NCBI GenBank assembly: GCA_030141605.1
Contig: JAQGDQ010000103.1
Coordinates: forward strand, 124,001-188,000
Direction: 5' to 3'
Length of the DNA stretch: 64,000 nucleotides
From: Tubiluchus corallicola
Taxonomy: Eukaryota; Animalia; Priapulida
The translations under genes were made by a program, and so were the position numbers. Shown here piece by piece: positions 49,316 through 62,483 of this stretch; position 1 is the stretch's first letter, and every line of letters begins with the position of its first letter. Below the pieces are notes generated by a model. That model worked only from the letters and a program-made list of their open reading frames with translations. It was not told the DNA's origin and did not search any database.

Positions 49316-49966
49316 AGGCAAACACGAACGCAACGCGAAAACACCTTTCATAAGTAAAGCAGTAAAGCTTAAAAATTCGTTTTGAATTTGTATGTTACTT
49401 ACGCTACAGGGTCTTATTGCTTACAGGGCTTGCGTTAGCTGTAACTTTGTATAAAACTTGTAAATTTAAACTCCCGTTAGGCGCTGCCATTTTAGCAGTA
49501 AGTTGTTTGAAATAAGTTTAGATGACCTTGCGTAAAGTTTGAAAAAATAATCAGAGCATTCGTAGCGTGCACTTCACTATATAAACTAAAGTATAATTTA
49601 CTTTGTATTGTGAAGAAGACCAATAATGTTTTTTGGTGAGCCAGTGGTGCACACTGGGAAGGTAAGCGACACTTTAAGTTACTAAAAATTTTCTTTTCTG
49701 CCTACATACAGGAAATTACTTTGAATTATTACATAATTATTTATTTTATTTAGCTCTTAATTTACAAATCCTACATTTAATCTTGTTACTTTTTGTTTCA
49801 CTGTATTTTATTTCGTTTTAGTACTGCATTTGTATTTTATATGGTCTTAGTTACCGAAGTAAAAATTTGAACTGAATTGAATAAAATAATTAAGCATATC
49901 GCTAAGTAATATAACTTTGTGTGGAGAGTTTATGGGACATACTTTAAAGTCACCTTTTCTTCCTCT
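49316..49966. mobile_element. Family C TTAA-flanked element. Related copies at about 11760-13700 (split), 33010-33490, 36400-36812, 46020-46446 and 47390-47640
   Basis: TTAA|AGGC...CCTCT|TTAA. Shared core TTTGAAA.AAGTTTAGAT.AC...GAAAAAATAATCAGAGCATTCGTAG or its reverse complement. This copy holds a short insert (49800-49880) also seen inverted at 24703-24775. Confidence 0.7.
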
Positions 49967-51781
49967 TTAATTTTTCCTCATTTGCTTTTTCTAATTTGCT
50001 AAATGTTTGACGATTGGCTGATGTTTCTTTAAATATATGAACACAATTTCATACAGCACTGGTAATTGGCTAGACCACCCTGGTTCCATTATATTTGTTT
50101 TAATCGTTGCCAACAATTTAGTTAAACGCATCAACGCGCCAATTATTCATCTTCCTATAGCAAGTTATTAATAGAGAAAGTAATGAACTGCGTTAGGCAT
50201 TGGGGTATCACCAGGCCCAACTATGAGCGTGCACACAATACACAAACGCATTAGTCCTATTAATTATAAGCACTTTAGACTAATCGATCAACCAAACGTA
50301 TTACGTTTTCGCTCTCTCCTTGTTCTGAATCCAAGAGTGGAAATCTTTGCGCGACAAAATTATCTATTGAACTGCAAATTTACAAAGTCGCAATAATGTG
50401 CTGAGCACGTATTTCAGCAGACAAGCTAATTCAAGCCAACATGAATTATCACTCTATCGAGAGTCGCTGGGAAAATTTTAAACAATTTGATGGAGTTTTT
50501 TTTTAACAGTTTATTCCGAGTTTATTGATATTTTACACGCGCTGTAGTCAATGCTCTGTTCAGGTCAATGTAGCGCGTTGAATGGAAGGCCGTATTTGCT
50601 GTGTTCGATTCTTCCTGAAAAGCCTCCGATTCCAGTTATAAAATATCAAAAGAGCGAGTAAATCACGTGCGCTTTGGGCTACCGTACAAGCGTTGTCTAT
50701 TACAAATGGAACTGAAGAAAGCGAATGTGCTAAAGCGCATTTCCCATTATATTTTTAACATGTTGCAAGAAGCTAAAAACGTCATCATTTGCGCAGAATG
50801 AGATCCGAATAAAGTAGTGTTAATATTAGGGTTGGGTTAGGGTTACGGTAAGGTGAGGGTTAGGGTATTTAAATTGTGTGGAGAATTGGAAACTCCTCCC
50901 AAAACAATTTTATTCACAATGAACGACGTTCAAGCGACACACACATTTATATTATACGAATTTCGTTAAGAAAATTAAATATTACAGTTCTGTGTTGATT
51001 GTCTGCAATCAATAGAGCAAGCTGACGGGTAAAAATGCCACTAAATGTCAATTCATTTTTAGATATTTCTGCTTCCGTTTGCTTTTGCACGCAGGTAAAA
51101 AGTTGAGATTTAAATTTTTTCTTCATCACTGACATCACAGTCACCATCGTCATCACCGTCACCATCAATAACATCATCATCATCATCGTTATCATCAGTA
51201 TCATCATCATCATCGTCATTGTCGTAGTCGTCGTCATAGTCATCATCATCGTCGTCATCGTAGTCGTCATCACCATTGTCGGTTTCGTCGTCTAATTTTC
51301 AGTTCTTGGTAACAGTCAATAACAAAAAGATTTAAGAAGACTGATTTCAGAAAAATGCACTTTGTCTGATAATAAATGCAAACATATAACATTACGTGAT
51401 AACAAAGATAACTACACCCAAATTTTACATTTTTTTGTTAATTTTTTTTAAAAAAATCTTCCGTTCTCTTTCCTAGTTTTTCTCTGCAACTTGGGACGGC
51501 GTTGGCGACGCTTTGGATGTAGCAATGTAGCAATTGCTACGTGTAGCAATTTCTTAAAATGAAAATTGAATGACTTTGGCAAGTTCACGGCCAATAGACT
51601 ACAAGCTATGAGCTGTAGACCTTTTTTAGCTTATAGACTAGAAAGACATCCTCTCGAAGAACATTAATTAACTGAAAAAGTCTAATTGAGCTAAAACTCC
51701 AATTTTAATTTAATATAAATTGAGTTTGAAACAGAATGATGATTAATTTTCTCAGGCATGTAAATACGCTGTTTGTGTGTT

Positions 51782-52075
51782 TGAAATATATGTTGAGAGC
51801 TGGAATATGTTCTGAGAGCTGGAATATATGGTAGAAGCTGGAATATATGCTGAGAGCTGTAATATATACTGAGAGCTGGAATATATGCTGGAAGCTGGAA
51901 TATATGCTGACAGCTGTAATATATACTGAGAGCTGGAATATATGCTGAAGCTGGAATATATGCTGAAGCTGGAATATATGCTGAGAGCTGGAATATATGC
52001 TGAAGCTGGAATATATGCTGAGAGCTGGAATATATGCTGAAGCTGAAATATATGCCGAGAGCTGGAATATATGCT
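51782..52075. repeat. Mixed 18/20-bp minisatellite
   Basis: Alternating GCTGGAATATATGCTGAA and GCTGGAATATATGCTGAGA-type units, about 15 copies. Confidence 0.9.
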
Positions 52076-52486
52076 ATACACATTTGCAAATAAAATAGAG
52101 ATTTGGTCGGTCATTTATAAAATTTTATTTTAAAAGTAGCAAACTGAAACCTAAAGCAATCAGAAAGAAGACTTACCTCACATCCTGTCACATGACTTCC
52201 GGGTGTCAATTCGCAAAGCTCTTACAGAAAAGCACTTTAGATATTATCGTAGTAATCATTCCTCAGCCTTAGCAGCAGTAATTCCTCTCTAACAAGTGAT
52301 CACCTGTGACAGATTAACGCGTATGAATGAAGCCAGTTATTACTGATAGTCTATTCTATGTCAGCTATTCTATGTCGCCAAACAACAAGAATAATGATTA
52401 AAAAGCTGTCAGTTATGTCAAATCCTCGTACGTCAATTAAACAACGTCCAATAACAATTATTGTGTGGCAGGAATTTGCGCTTTAA

Positions 52487-53039
52487 AGGAGAGGTTAAGC
52501 CTTCTGTGAGGTTAGGCTTATTTCAATGTTCGCAAAGCATGCTGGAAGTATTTAGTAATAAACCTGCAATAAGCACCTCGTGTAACTAGTAAATTCACTT
52601 TAAAGTAGCGATCACTTCATGCTTGGGCGCTCCTATTTTCAATGCCCATTCTTCTTCCAGTGACGTCATTCGTCCTGGAGAAACGTAGAGCGCTGTCAGT
52701 CTTCATCAAAAGTATAACAATTTTTTAGGAAAAAATCAGATAGCTATTTTTTTTGTAGTATTTCTGTGTGATCATTACGTAAACTGCAGATGTTTAAATT
52801 AGTTAAAGCAACACGCGCTTACAGAAAGCTACGACGTTCTTACGAAAATTCACAAAGTTGCGTCATGATTTTCAGGTGAATGCCGGCAACCGCCAGGCCT
52901 GAAAATTTCTATTCAGAGGCTGTATACTTTACATTTATCCTTTATAAGCAGTTCTTTGCAAATGCCTTTGTTATCGTTTTCTAAGTTTAAGCGATAACAA
53001 TAAAATGAACGCAACATATTGAGTGACTTGTTCTTTCAA
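52487..53039 (+). mobile_element. Family B element copy
   Basis: TTAA|AGGAGAGG ... GACTTGTTCTTTCAA|TTAA, with the shared core. Confidence 0.8.
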
Positions 53040-53349
53040 TTAAGTGCTCAGTTTTATACAGTTATTATTAGCATCAACATCAAAGTCTTCGTCATCGTCG
53101 TCGCCATCAATATGGTAATCGTCGTGATCGTCGTCACCACAGTTATCATCACCATCATCATCATAATCGTCGTGGTCGTTGTTGTTTGTCTTCGTCGTCA
53201 TTATCATCTTCATCACTATTTTTAATCATCACCATTTTCTGCTTTGTTGTAGCTTCCATTAATGTCATCATAGTCGCTGCAGTCAACATGATTTGTGCTC
53301 ATTCCTCGTCATAATTGTTTTTTATTACCCATGCCACCGTGACCATCAG

Positions 53350-53678
53350 AAAAGCCTTTTCACAGTTTCGTTGTGCGCACGCGCAGTTGCTACAGGTCAA
53401 AGGTTAAGTGTGTAAAACAAAGTCATCTGCCGCACCAGTTCAGTAACTTCAGTTGTTTTACATGGACTTTACTTAACTATGCATTAGTCTGTGCGTAGAG
53501 TGACTTACTAGCAAGATCTTGCTTGGTAACCAAAAAAAAATGAACTAGGTAAGGTTCTAGCTAGTTGTTAAAACTGTTACTATTACAACGGCATGGGCTG
53601 CGAGGCGTTGTCTGGTACACTTAACTTTCGACCTTTTCACGATCGCCATCAATCGCTGGAAATGTGAAAAGAGTTGTT
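53350..53678 (+). mobile_element. MITE family A copy
   Basis: Degenerate TIRs and shared core with deletions. Confidence 0.8.
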
Positions 53679-54521
53679 GTCACTGCCAGACCGCACAGCT
53701 ACCATCACTATCTGCTCCAACATTGCTTTCTCACTTACTTCCACCACCACTGTTCCACTTTGGCCACTAACCCCTCCACATGCACTGTCATCACCAGACT
53801 AACATCGCACCTGTTATCACAAGTGTAATTAGACAATTAAGCTCAAGAGTGATTAATTCTCCTCACGCCAAAAGTACCCGCTAGGGAAATTGCAACTTAA
53901 TTGCTTGATAGGGAAATTACTGGAAGTAGTAAATTAATGCCAGACATCATCATCCACGTGCTAGAAATTCAAGAGTGTTTTCAATTCATTTTGATTAGTC
54001 GAATAATGCCTCACACCTTTCTAAAATTTATTGACAATTGTAACATTGGAACAGTCCCTGTTAATAAGTTGCGATTTCAGGAAAGATTCTATTCTAATAT
54101 TTTCAGCTACCTTGATATCAAAAAGAGTTGAAACTTAACGACAAACTAACTAAGAAATTCCAAAAATTTAAATGGAGTACGTGGCGGCAACGATAGGAAT
54201 TTGAGAGAAACTTGCTGCCATAATTAACGAATAATATTGGAATTATTATATTTCCATTATTATTATATTATAGCTGTATTTTTAGCATGACGGTTCACTA
54301 CAAATTGAAATCCAGAAAACAAGATCTCAATGACAGGACATACAGCTAAGGAAAAATGTTTATGGCAGTACTGGAACCTAGCTAATTGGTTAGAATAATT
54401 CTAAAACGGGACGTTAAATTGATAGAGGTGTTTCAGCCACGTATGTATGCGCGTACATCCTACCTCAATGAGTTAAACAGTCGGAAGCAGTACGAAACCA
54501 TCCAGAATCTGATACATCAAT

Positions 54522-54565
54522 GGTCACCCATCTAACTATTAACCGGAAGCAACGCTGTTTAATTC
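54522..54565 (-). pseudogene. Short 5S rRNA-like fragment, probably part of an old SINE-type repeat
   Basis: GGTCACCCATCTAACTATTAACCGG...CGCTGTTTAA resembles the reverse complement of the 5S internal control region (GGTCTCCCATCCAAGTACTAACCAGG...CTGCTTA). Compared from memory. Confidence 0.35.
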
Positions 54566-55179
54566 CTCAAACCAAGCACAGATGTATCGTCAAACGAGCA
54601 CCACAGAAAACACTTTGAATCTCTCCTTTTTTGAAGCCATATTCCTGTTTCTGCACACCACGTCAACATGGGGACTGTTTACAGAGTAAAAGCTTTTACA
54701 CCTGAGTTCAGTTGTAACCTGATTAGATTATTGAAGCCACAAGATTAAAAGCGCCCTGCTAGTGCAGCAACAACCATGTTCCATTATCCTGTAATGTTGC
54801 TGGTAATATGATTACTAGATATCAGCTAGGCATATTATCGACTCATTTACACTCTTATAAGCAGTTGCAAAAGGACACTATAATCATGAACAATGGCGAC
54901 TCTGCTATCTTTGAGGAGCTGCTCAATCTCATCCTCTAGGGGAGTTGCTTCTTCTCACTTTTAGGGGTGATAAACTAATCAAGTTTGCTTACTTGACTTC
55001 CATTTTGGCTTAGCCTAATCTGTCCTGTCCGAGTATACATTATTGCATTATTAACTAATGTACTTTACCTGTTCATTCTGCTTACTCCCCCGCACCAAGA
55101 CACCCCTCAACGTGGCTTTAATTTGGAGCTGGCTTGTAGCTTAGTACCAATATACCATTACCGGGAAATCTTTTCGAAT

Positions 55180-56240
55180 CTCTCCTCCTATCTTCCCTTC
55201 ATTCCCTCCACACACTTCTTTTCCTCTTCCCTGGCTTTTACCCACTTTTCCATCCACCCCATTCCTTCTCTGCTCCTTCCCTCATAGCCAGTTTTCCAAT
55301 GCACCTCTGCTTTCTCTTTCTTTCATCTCTACTTCACTCCACTCTTCTCCTTTTCTTGCCTCTCGTCGCTTCGCTTTGCCCCTTCTTTCCTTTCCTTTCC
55401 TTTCCTTTTCTCTCCTCTCCTCTCCTCTCCTCTCCTCTCCTCTCCTCTCCTCTCCTCTCCTCTCCTCTCCTCTCCTCTCCTCCCCTTTCTTCTCCACTCT
55501 TTTTTCTCCATGTTCTCTGTTCTGCTGTACTGCCCTCACCTACCTCTTTCCTTCTACTCCTCTTGTATGTTTTTCTCTCTTCCTGTAGTCTTCACTCTTC
55601 TCTTCTCTTCTCTTCTCTTCTCTTCTCTTCTCTTCTCTTCTCTTCTCTTCTCTTCTCTTCTCTTCTCTTCTCTTCTCTTCTCTTCTCTTCTCTTCTCTTC
55701 TCTTCTCTTCTCTCTTCTCTTCTCTTCTCTTCTCTTCTCTTCCATTTCCTTTCTTCTGTTCCGTTCTGTTCTCTTTTCTTCTCTTCTCTTCTCTTCTCTT
55801 CTCTTCTCTTCTCTTCTCTTCTCTTCTCTTCTCTTCTCTTCTCTTCTCTTCTCTTCTCTTCTCTTCTCTTCTCTTCTCTTCTCTTCTCTTCTCTTCTCTT
55901 CTCTTCTCTTCTCTTCTCTTCTCTTTTCTTCTCTTCTCTTCTCTTCTCTTCTCTTCTCTTCTCTTCTCTTCTCTTCTCTTCTCTTCTCTTCTCTTCTCTT
56001 CTCTTCTCTTCTCTTCTCTTCTCTTCTCTTCTCTTCTCTTCTCTTCTCTTCTCTTCTCTTCTCTTCTCTTCTCTTCTCTTCTCTTCTCTTCTCTTCTCTT
56101 CTCTTCTCTTCTCTCCTCTCCTCTCCTCCTCTCTTCTCCCCACTCCGCTCTCTTGTTTTCTTCCGTATATGTACTCTCTTCTCCTTTTTCCTCACTTCTC
56201 CTTTCCTGGCTTTAACTTTGCTCTCTTTGCGCTTCTCCCC
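55180..56240. repeat. About 1-kb polypyrimidine tract with (CTCTC)n and (CTCTT)n pentanucleotide arrays
   Basis: Direct reading. Accounts for the SSLLF/EEKRR ORFs. Confidence 0.97.
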
Positions 56241-56943
56241 CATCCACACTGAATATACAGCAATAGCAATCAGATTTTCTTACCCTGTAAAGTGACATTT
56301 TCATGGTGTTTCCCTTAATCCACATGTGAAGTAATCATAATGGATGTGTCGACTGGGGTGTTGAAACAGCTAACATTTCACGGTTATGGATAAAGCGCTT
56401 GTAAATCAGGGCGTAATTAATTTCTCAGAATTTATACGAAATTTTATGGCGACGCTGTACTTTTCATAATTACAGTTATTAACTTGAAATCAATTTCTTC
56501 ATAATTGCTGCTAAAATTGAAGAGGTAAACAGCCTCAATAATATGAATTTTGCTAAGTTTTCAAGTTGCACAGGAATGACTTCAAGAGGAAGGTGTTCAT
56601 ACTACTTTTTTTTCAATGACGTCACAACGTTATGAATAATAAACTATTGTAAACACGGCAAACCGCACGCCTGTCGCCGTCTACTAGACTATTATTGAAC
56701 AGAAGTTGCTGTGTCTTTAAACTTCCTAGCTGTCTCACATGCAGCAGCAATTTAACATTTTCTTCTCTACACCTTTCCTTGTTTACCCTCTTCTCTCCAT
56801 TTTCCTAATTTTTTCCTGCCCTGCCCTCTTTTTCTTCTTCCTTTTTTCTTTTTTCCTTTTCGTTCTCTCCTCATCTCTTATCTCCCCTCCTTTTCTAGTC
56901 ATGTGTACCTGTGTTCAATAATCAATTACCAGGTTAGCCAGCA

Positions 56944-57122
56944 AGTCAGTCAGTCAGTCAGTCAGTCAGTCAGTCAGTCAGTCAGTCAGTCAGTCAGTCA
57001 GTCAGTCAGTCAGTCAGTCAGTCAGTCAGTCAGTCAGTCAGTCAGTCAGTCAGACAGTCAGTCAGCCGGCCAGTTAGTCAGTCAGCCAGTCAGTCAGTCA
57101 GCCACTGGGTTAGTCAGTTAGT
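56944..57122. repeat. (CAGT)n microsatellite
   Basis: Direct reading. Confidence 0.95.
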
Positions 57123-58117
57123 TATTCAAACAATCAAGAAAATTTAATGACCATTGTATGATACGCCGGCTTATGCTTAAAATACAGCATGCTTTATGAA
57201 GTTTTAATTTTACACAAAAACAGAAAGAATCCTTCAACTAAGATTTTCCGACACTTTTAACTTTTTCTTGATGGTTTATATAAAAGGAAATAGTTGTGAA
57301 GGTGTCATTTACGAAGAAAGCCTGGAACTTGATTTCGCGTGTTTTACTCGTTAGACGACGCCAGCAAAGTTCAGTCCTTAGTTACGGCAGCGGTTTGTTA
57401 TCACGTGTCACATTTAACTGTGTAGCATTGTTTACAAATTCAGCATCATAGAAACAAACGCGGTATCCAAAGAAGCCGTTGCCGGCACATTTGTTTAACA
57501 TGCGATTTTCCGAAGTTTCACGAACAAAATGTTCTGGGGGGGGGGTGCAACTTCGAGGCCCGATTTCATTAGGAAGGAAGCCATGAAATTTAAAAATTAC
57601 TGTCAAATTTCAAGTTACGGTTACCACTTTTAATTAAAAAAAACTAGTTCTAATGTTAAATTGGACCTTTAAGTAAGTTAGTGTTTTTGCAGGAGTTTAT
57701 TTTATCGTCACTTCTGGCGGCGCTAAGTGTTCACGCTCAGGAACGCGTGGGTGCACTATCGCGGATGGATGTATGAACTGCTAATGGATATTCTCATAGA
57801 TTAGGTTACAAATGCATGCAAACTTTCACATTATGCGTACACTCTGTTGTCTAATGACTAACGGATGGAAACGTGAACTCGAGCATTAGCGTGTTCTTCG
57901 CAAGTCAAATTACGTTTAGTTGTATGCTGTGATCACGTTTAACGATAAAGTTTTATGTCACTCGGACTTTTCAAGACATCCTGACGTACTCACTCGAGAT
58001 AAGTAGTGCTCGACTGTTCGCGTGTAAACACGTTTTAACAGAAGCATGAAGGGGGTCATAACTCATAAGGGATCCGAAAAAAACACCAATAACAAGTGGA
58101 GATGCTATACAAATATT

Positions 58118-58703
58118 TAGGGTTGCCATCCAGTCATGAACCGGAGTCAGGAGTCAAGAGCTAGCTAGGGGGCATGTAAGCTTTTCCAGTGGGGCACCGG
58201 ACTGAGAACCGAAAGCCAAGCATTTTCTGCATTTTAGAATTTATGAGGTCTTCAGAAACTGAAATTAAGAAGTTCAAACTACAAAGTTGTACAAACTCTT
58301 AGTTTTAAACTCCAAAAAGCCATAAAAATCTAAAACTTACGAAAGTGTAAGCAGTGTACATCAATTCCTGAGCTTCTTTCGTTTTTTGAGGTTTCTGAGA
58401 TTGGTTTAGCAATCAAATTATTAAGCACTAAATGTTACGTGAATTAACTAAGCAACGCAGAAGAATACTTGTTTTGAAGCATTTGGCGCTGCAAAAAATG
58501 TAGACGGGGTGAAAGGATGAACCATGCAACCGATTAAACTTGATTTAATAAGTTTACTGTTAGCTAATTAACAGAGGGTTTTGGCTTAATATTTTGCAAA
58601 TTTTTAATAGTATGTATGTTGCACCGCTTTTTTCCACTTACATTTCCATGTGATGGCTAAAATCAGTAGATTTCGGGCCAAATCAGGAGTAGTGGAAACC
58701 CTA
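58118..58703. mobile_element. hAT-like non-autonomous element
   Basis: TAGGGTTGCCA ... TGGAAACCCTA termini and subterminal CAGGAGT repeats. No clean 8-bp TSD visible. Confidence 0.5.
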
Positions 58704-59389
58704 ACACAATAGACGTAACGCTGCGGCTAAGGAACAAGTATTTGGACTTGTCTACCATATGCAGATCTATTTTGGCGACAAACTATCAAGATCCCGCATA
58801 ATTTGTCTACCGAAGGGCCATTTTGCGCATACTCACACCATGTAAAACACTCTCAGATAATGATTAGTTAGTATCTTTGGATAAAATTAGACATGTAACA
58901 GGTAGCTTAGAGTATGATCCTAAGCAAATCAGATTAGGTTAATCTCAATTAGGCCAACATTTCGACATAAATGGATATAAGTGGATATATATACTTATAT
59001 ATATAAGTGGCCGAGGTTACACCGCATGTACCCAAACCGACCCAACTACCCAACCCAATCAGTGAAAATTATTGAGAACTATTTATAGCTAGTGTAACAG
59101 CATAAAGTAAATTATTGGTGAATTTATTACAGCGGAAACGCCAAACGAACATTAAAGAGATTTTCATCAAACGCTGATATAAAGCAAGTGATTTTATAGG
59201 CGTCCACCTATTTCATAATTGAACAAACAGGCGACATTGGTACCATATCACTATTAACCTGAACGTTAAAACTACAATGATGTCTTTGTTAAGTAGGTAA
59301 CGACTGTAAATGCCAGAATGTTCATAACCCATTGTGGTTTATTTCACAACAGTTATTACCCTTTATTAATGAATTAAAAAGAAAGGAGT

Positions 59390-59460
59390 GAAATAGTCGG
59401 GATTTGAACCCGATACCTGGGATTAGTACTCTCATGCTCTGCTAGCTGAGTCACCAGTCC
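59390..59460 (-). pseudogene. Degenerate tRNA-like sequence inside an inverted-repeat element (59278-59543)
   Basis: Minus strand GGACTGG TG ACTC AGCTAGC AGAGC A TGAGA GTACTAA TCCCA GGTA TCGGG TTCAAAT CCCGA CTATTTC. The T-arm/B-box is intact. The D arm, anticodon arm and acceptor stem are imperfect. Confidence 0.65.
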
Positions 59461-60219
59461 AATATGACAGAACAGGCCGCAATAAACTGCAATGGTTGAA
59501 GGTCATTTTGGCATTCACAGTTATTATCTAATTAACGATATCACGAATTGCCAGCTTATTTGAAAAAAATGATAGTTGTTTTCGCGAACATGTTGTCTTC
59601 GCCAAAGCAGTTGGTTTGTACGATTTGGACAAAGTGCGCAGTCGTTTTGGAATCCAATAAATACGTGTGGAAAACGCGCGAGAGGATTCCTTTCCAGACT
59701 CAAATACTCAACTTACCTCACACGCCTTTTCCCTAGAAATTCCAAATAGACGGCTAAGAATAGAAAGTGCATGATAATTAAGTCGGTAATGACACTTGAC
59801 TGCAGTTGTGTTTCAGACTGGACGTGCGTGCTGAAAAATGACACATCTAAACATGGCTTCTTCCCTCTCCGAAGTGAGGCTTCTTCTAAAGAAGGCAATT
59901 ACCCTGTACGCCTAAGCCTCCAGTGTGTAATTAGCACCGTTATTTACAAAGTGATGGATGAGGTAATGTCATGAACTTTTATAAAAACTTACGACAGGCT
60001 TCAAGCGGCACAGGAACATTACGAACGTCTTGTAATCTGTCTCACTTCTCACGTACATTGTGTGTGTAGCGTGACAAGAGCTGATGAGCTTACACAGCAG
60101 TAACAAGTCATGAATCACTGGATTGTATGTATTGTAGTATTTGTGTCGTTTGAGAAAATAAATTACACGAGAGCAATAGAGAGGCTCTTTGCAGAAAGCA
60201 ATTCTTGATGGAAAGTGCT

Positions 60220-60789
<570 letters not shown>

Positions 60790-60790
<1 letters not shown>

Positions 60791-61545
60791 TTTTTCAACG
60801 CTTTATTTCGACTCAAAATTCATATTTACACGCACAAATAAAACACAAACATAAAAAATACATGCACCACGATTACACGATATCTACAACATTACATACT
60901 ACATACACAAAAGATAAAGATAAATTATCCAGTGATGCTTAGCACCAAAAAGTGCTTAACTATAATTACTATATAACAAGATCCTCCACAGGCTCCTAGT
61001 GTCAGAAGTGTAAGCCACTTCACTTTCAGTTAAAGCTTTAATTAATGAATTTGTACTACACATTCCTCTCATGTACAAACTGTAAGCCATTTTCCTATGT
61101 ATAACATCAAAGTATGTAACATTATGATTTACTGAAATTATTCTAGCACTCTCATCGTATGAATAAGTGAACAGTTTCCGTTTAGAGATGTTATAAAATA
61201 AGCTACTTTAAGTTTAGTTAAACTGTAGTTATAAAAATGCCGCCACGTTGCCATACCATAGTATGAACTACAATAGGAATTGAACAAACAAGTTTTAACG
61301 CTATTTGCACAATGATAAAAATTTCTCAAGATACTGTTTGCTCTAACATAGTAAGTACTTCTTTGCCTAATAATATCAATGTCATCCCTATTATCTCTAG
61401 ACATTATGTGGCCAAGATACTTCTCCGTTTCGCACGGACAAATTACGCTACCAGCTACAGTAATAGATCCAAAAATGAACTGGCGCAGACTGGGGGGAGT
61501 AATGCTTAGAAGTTTCGTTTTTTCAACATTTGACATCATGTTATG
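60790..61545 (-). mobile_element. LINE ORF2 C-terminal fragment and 3' UTR
   Basis: NVEKTKLL...EKYLGHIMS....DDIDIIRQ...YVRANSILRNF..C...VKTCLFNSYCSSYYG. Ends at GAAATAAAG on the minus strand, between GA microsatellites. Confidence 0.8.
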
Positions 61546-61578
61546 TTTGTGAGCGTGACAGAGATAAGAGAAGGAGAA

Positions 61579-61619
<41 letters not shown>

Positions 61620-62363
61620 GGGGGGGGAGAGAGAGAGAGAGAGCGAGCGAGAGAATATATATACAAATCAGCGAAGCAAACCGAACGAATCAAGCACACA
61701 CTTAAAATCTTTCTGCAAATTCTCTGGATCTATCCTGACGTGATTCCGCTGGCGGCTATCCTGCAGAGTGTGAAATGCAGCTTTAATTGTCAGCAGCAAA
61801 GGAGAATCAATTCAGGTCGGGATTTGTAATGGCAGAGATTCTTGCTGGTAAAGTAATCTGTTCAAACAATTGAACATGCTTTCTTTAACCTTGCTGCTAG
61901 TTCAGAAGTAATTAAAAAAGAACTTGGCGATATTACACTACATGCCCTGCAATTGATGAAAAGATTATCAGAGTCGCTAAACTGTCGGTAATATTAAACG
62001 AACAAAGAAATAGGAGGTTAAATTTCGCTGTGGTACAAATTGGGAATTAGAGAATTTTGGATGGAGACTAAGTGAAGAAAGTACGGAGAGAGGGAGAGGG
62101 AAGGGACAGAGAAAGAGACGGATAAAGAGGGGGAGGAGACAATAGGAGAGAAGGATAGTATAAAAGAGTAAGGCTAATACAGATTGAAAGAGAAAGGCTG
62201 GGAGAAAAGAAAAGAGGAAGAAAAACGGAGAAAAGGAGGGAGAGAGAGTGAGCAAGAGAGACACAGCAGAGAGATTAAAGTTGAGTTAAAGAGCTCTTCT
62301 TAACACACAAAGAGTTATGTGAAGTAAAGAAAAGACTGTCATTTAAATGTATCAGGTTCACAG

Positions 62364-62483
<120 letters not shown>

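Noticed and set aside
51691-52114. Repeat-protein ORFs (SAYIPA / QHIFQL)
   Set aside because: These are translations of an 18/20-bp minisatellite whose mixed unit lengths shift frame. No splice or homology support.
55282-56295. Long ORFs of 183-317 aa (SSLLF / EEKRR)
   Set aside because: Stop-free only because of pentanucleotide microsatellites.
59390-59460. Functional tRNA gene
   Set aside because: The acceptor and anticodon stems have mismatches, the D-loop lacks GG, and the anticodon loop is non-canonical. Kept only as tRNA-like.
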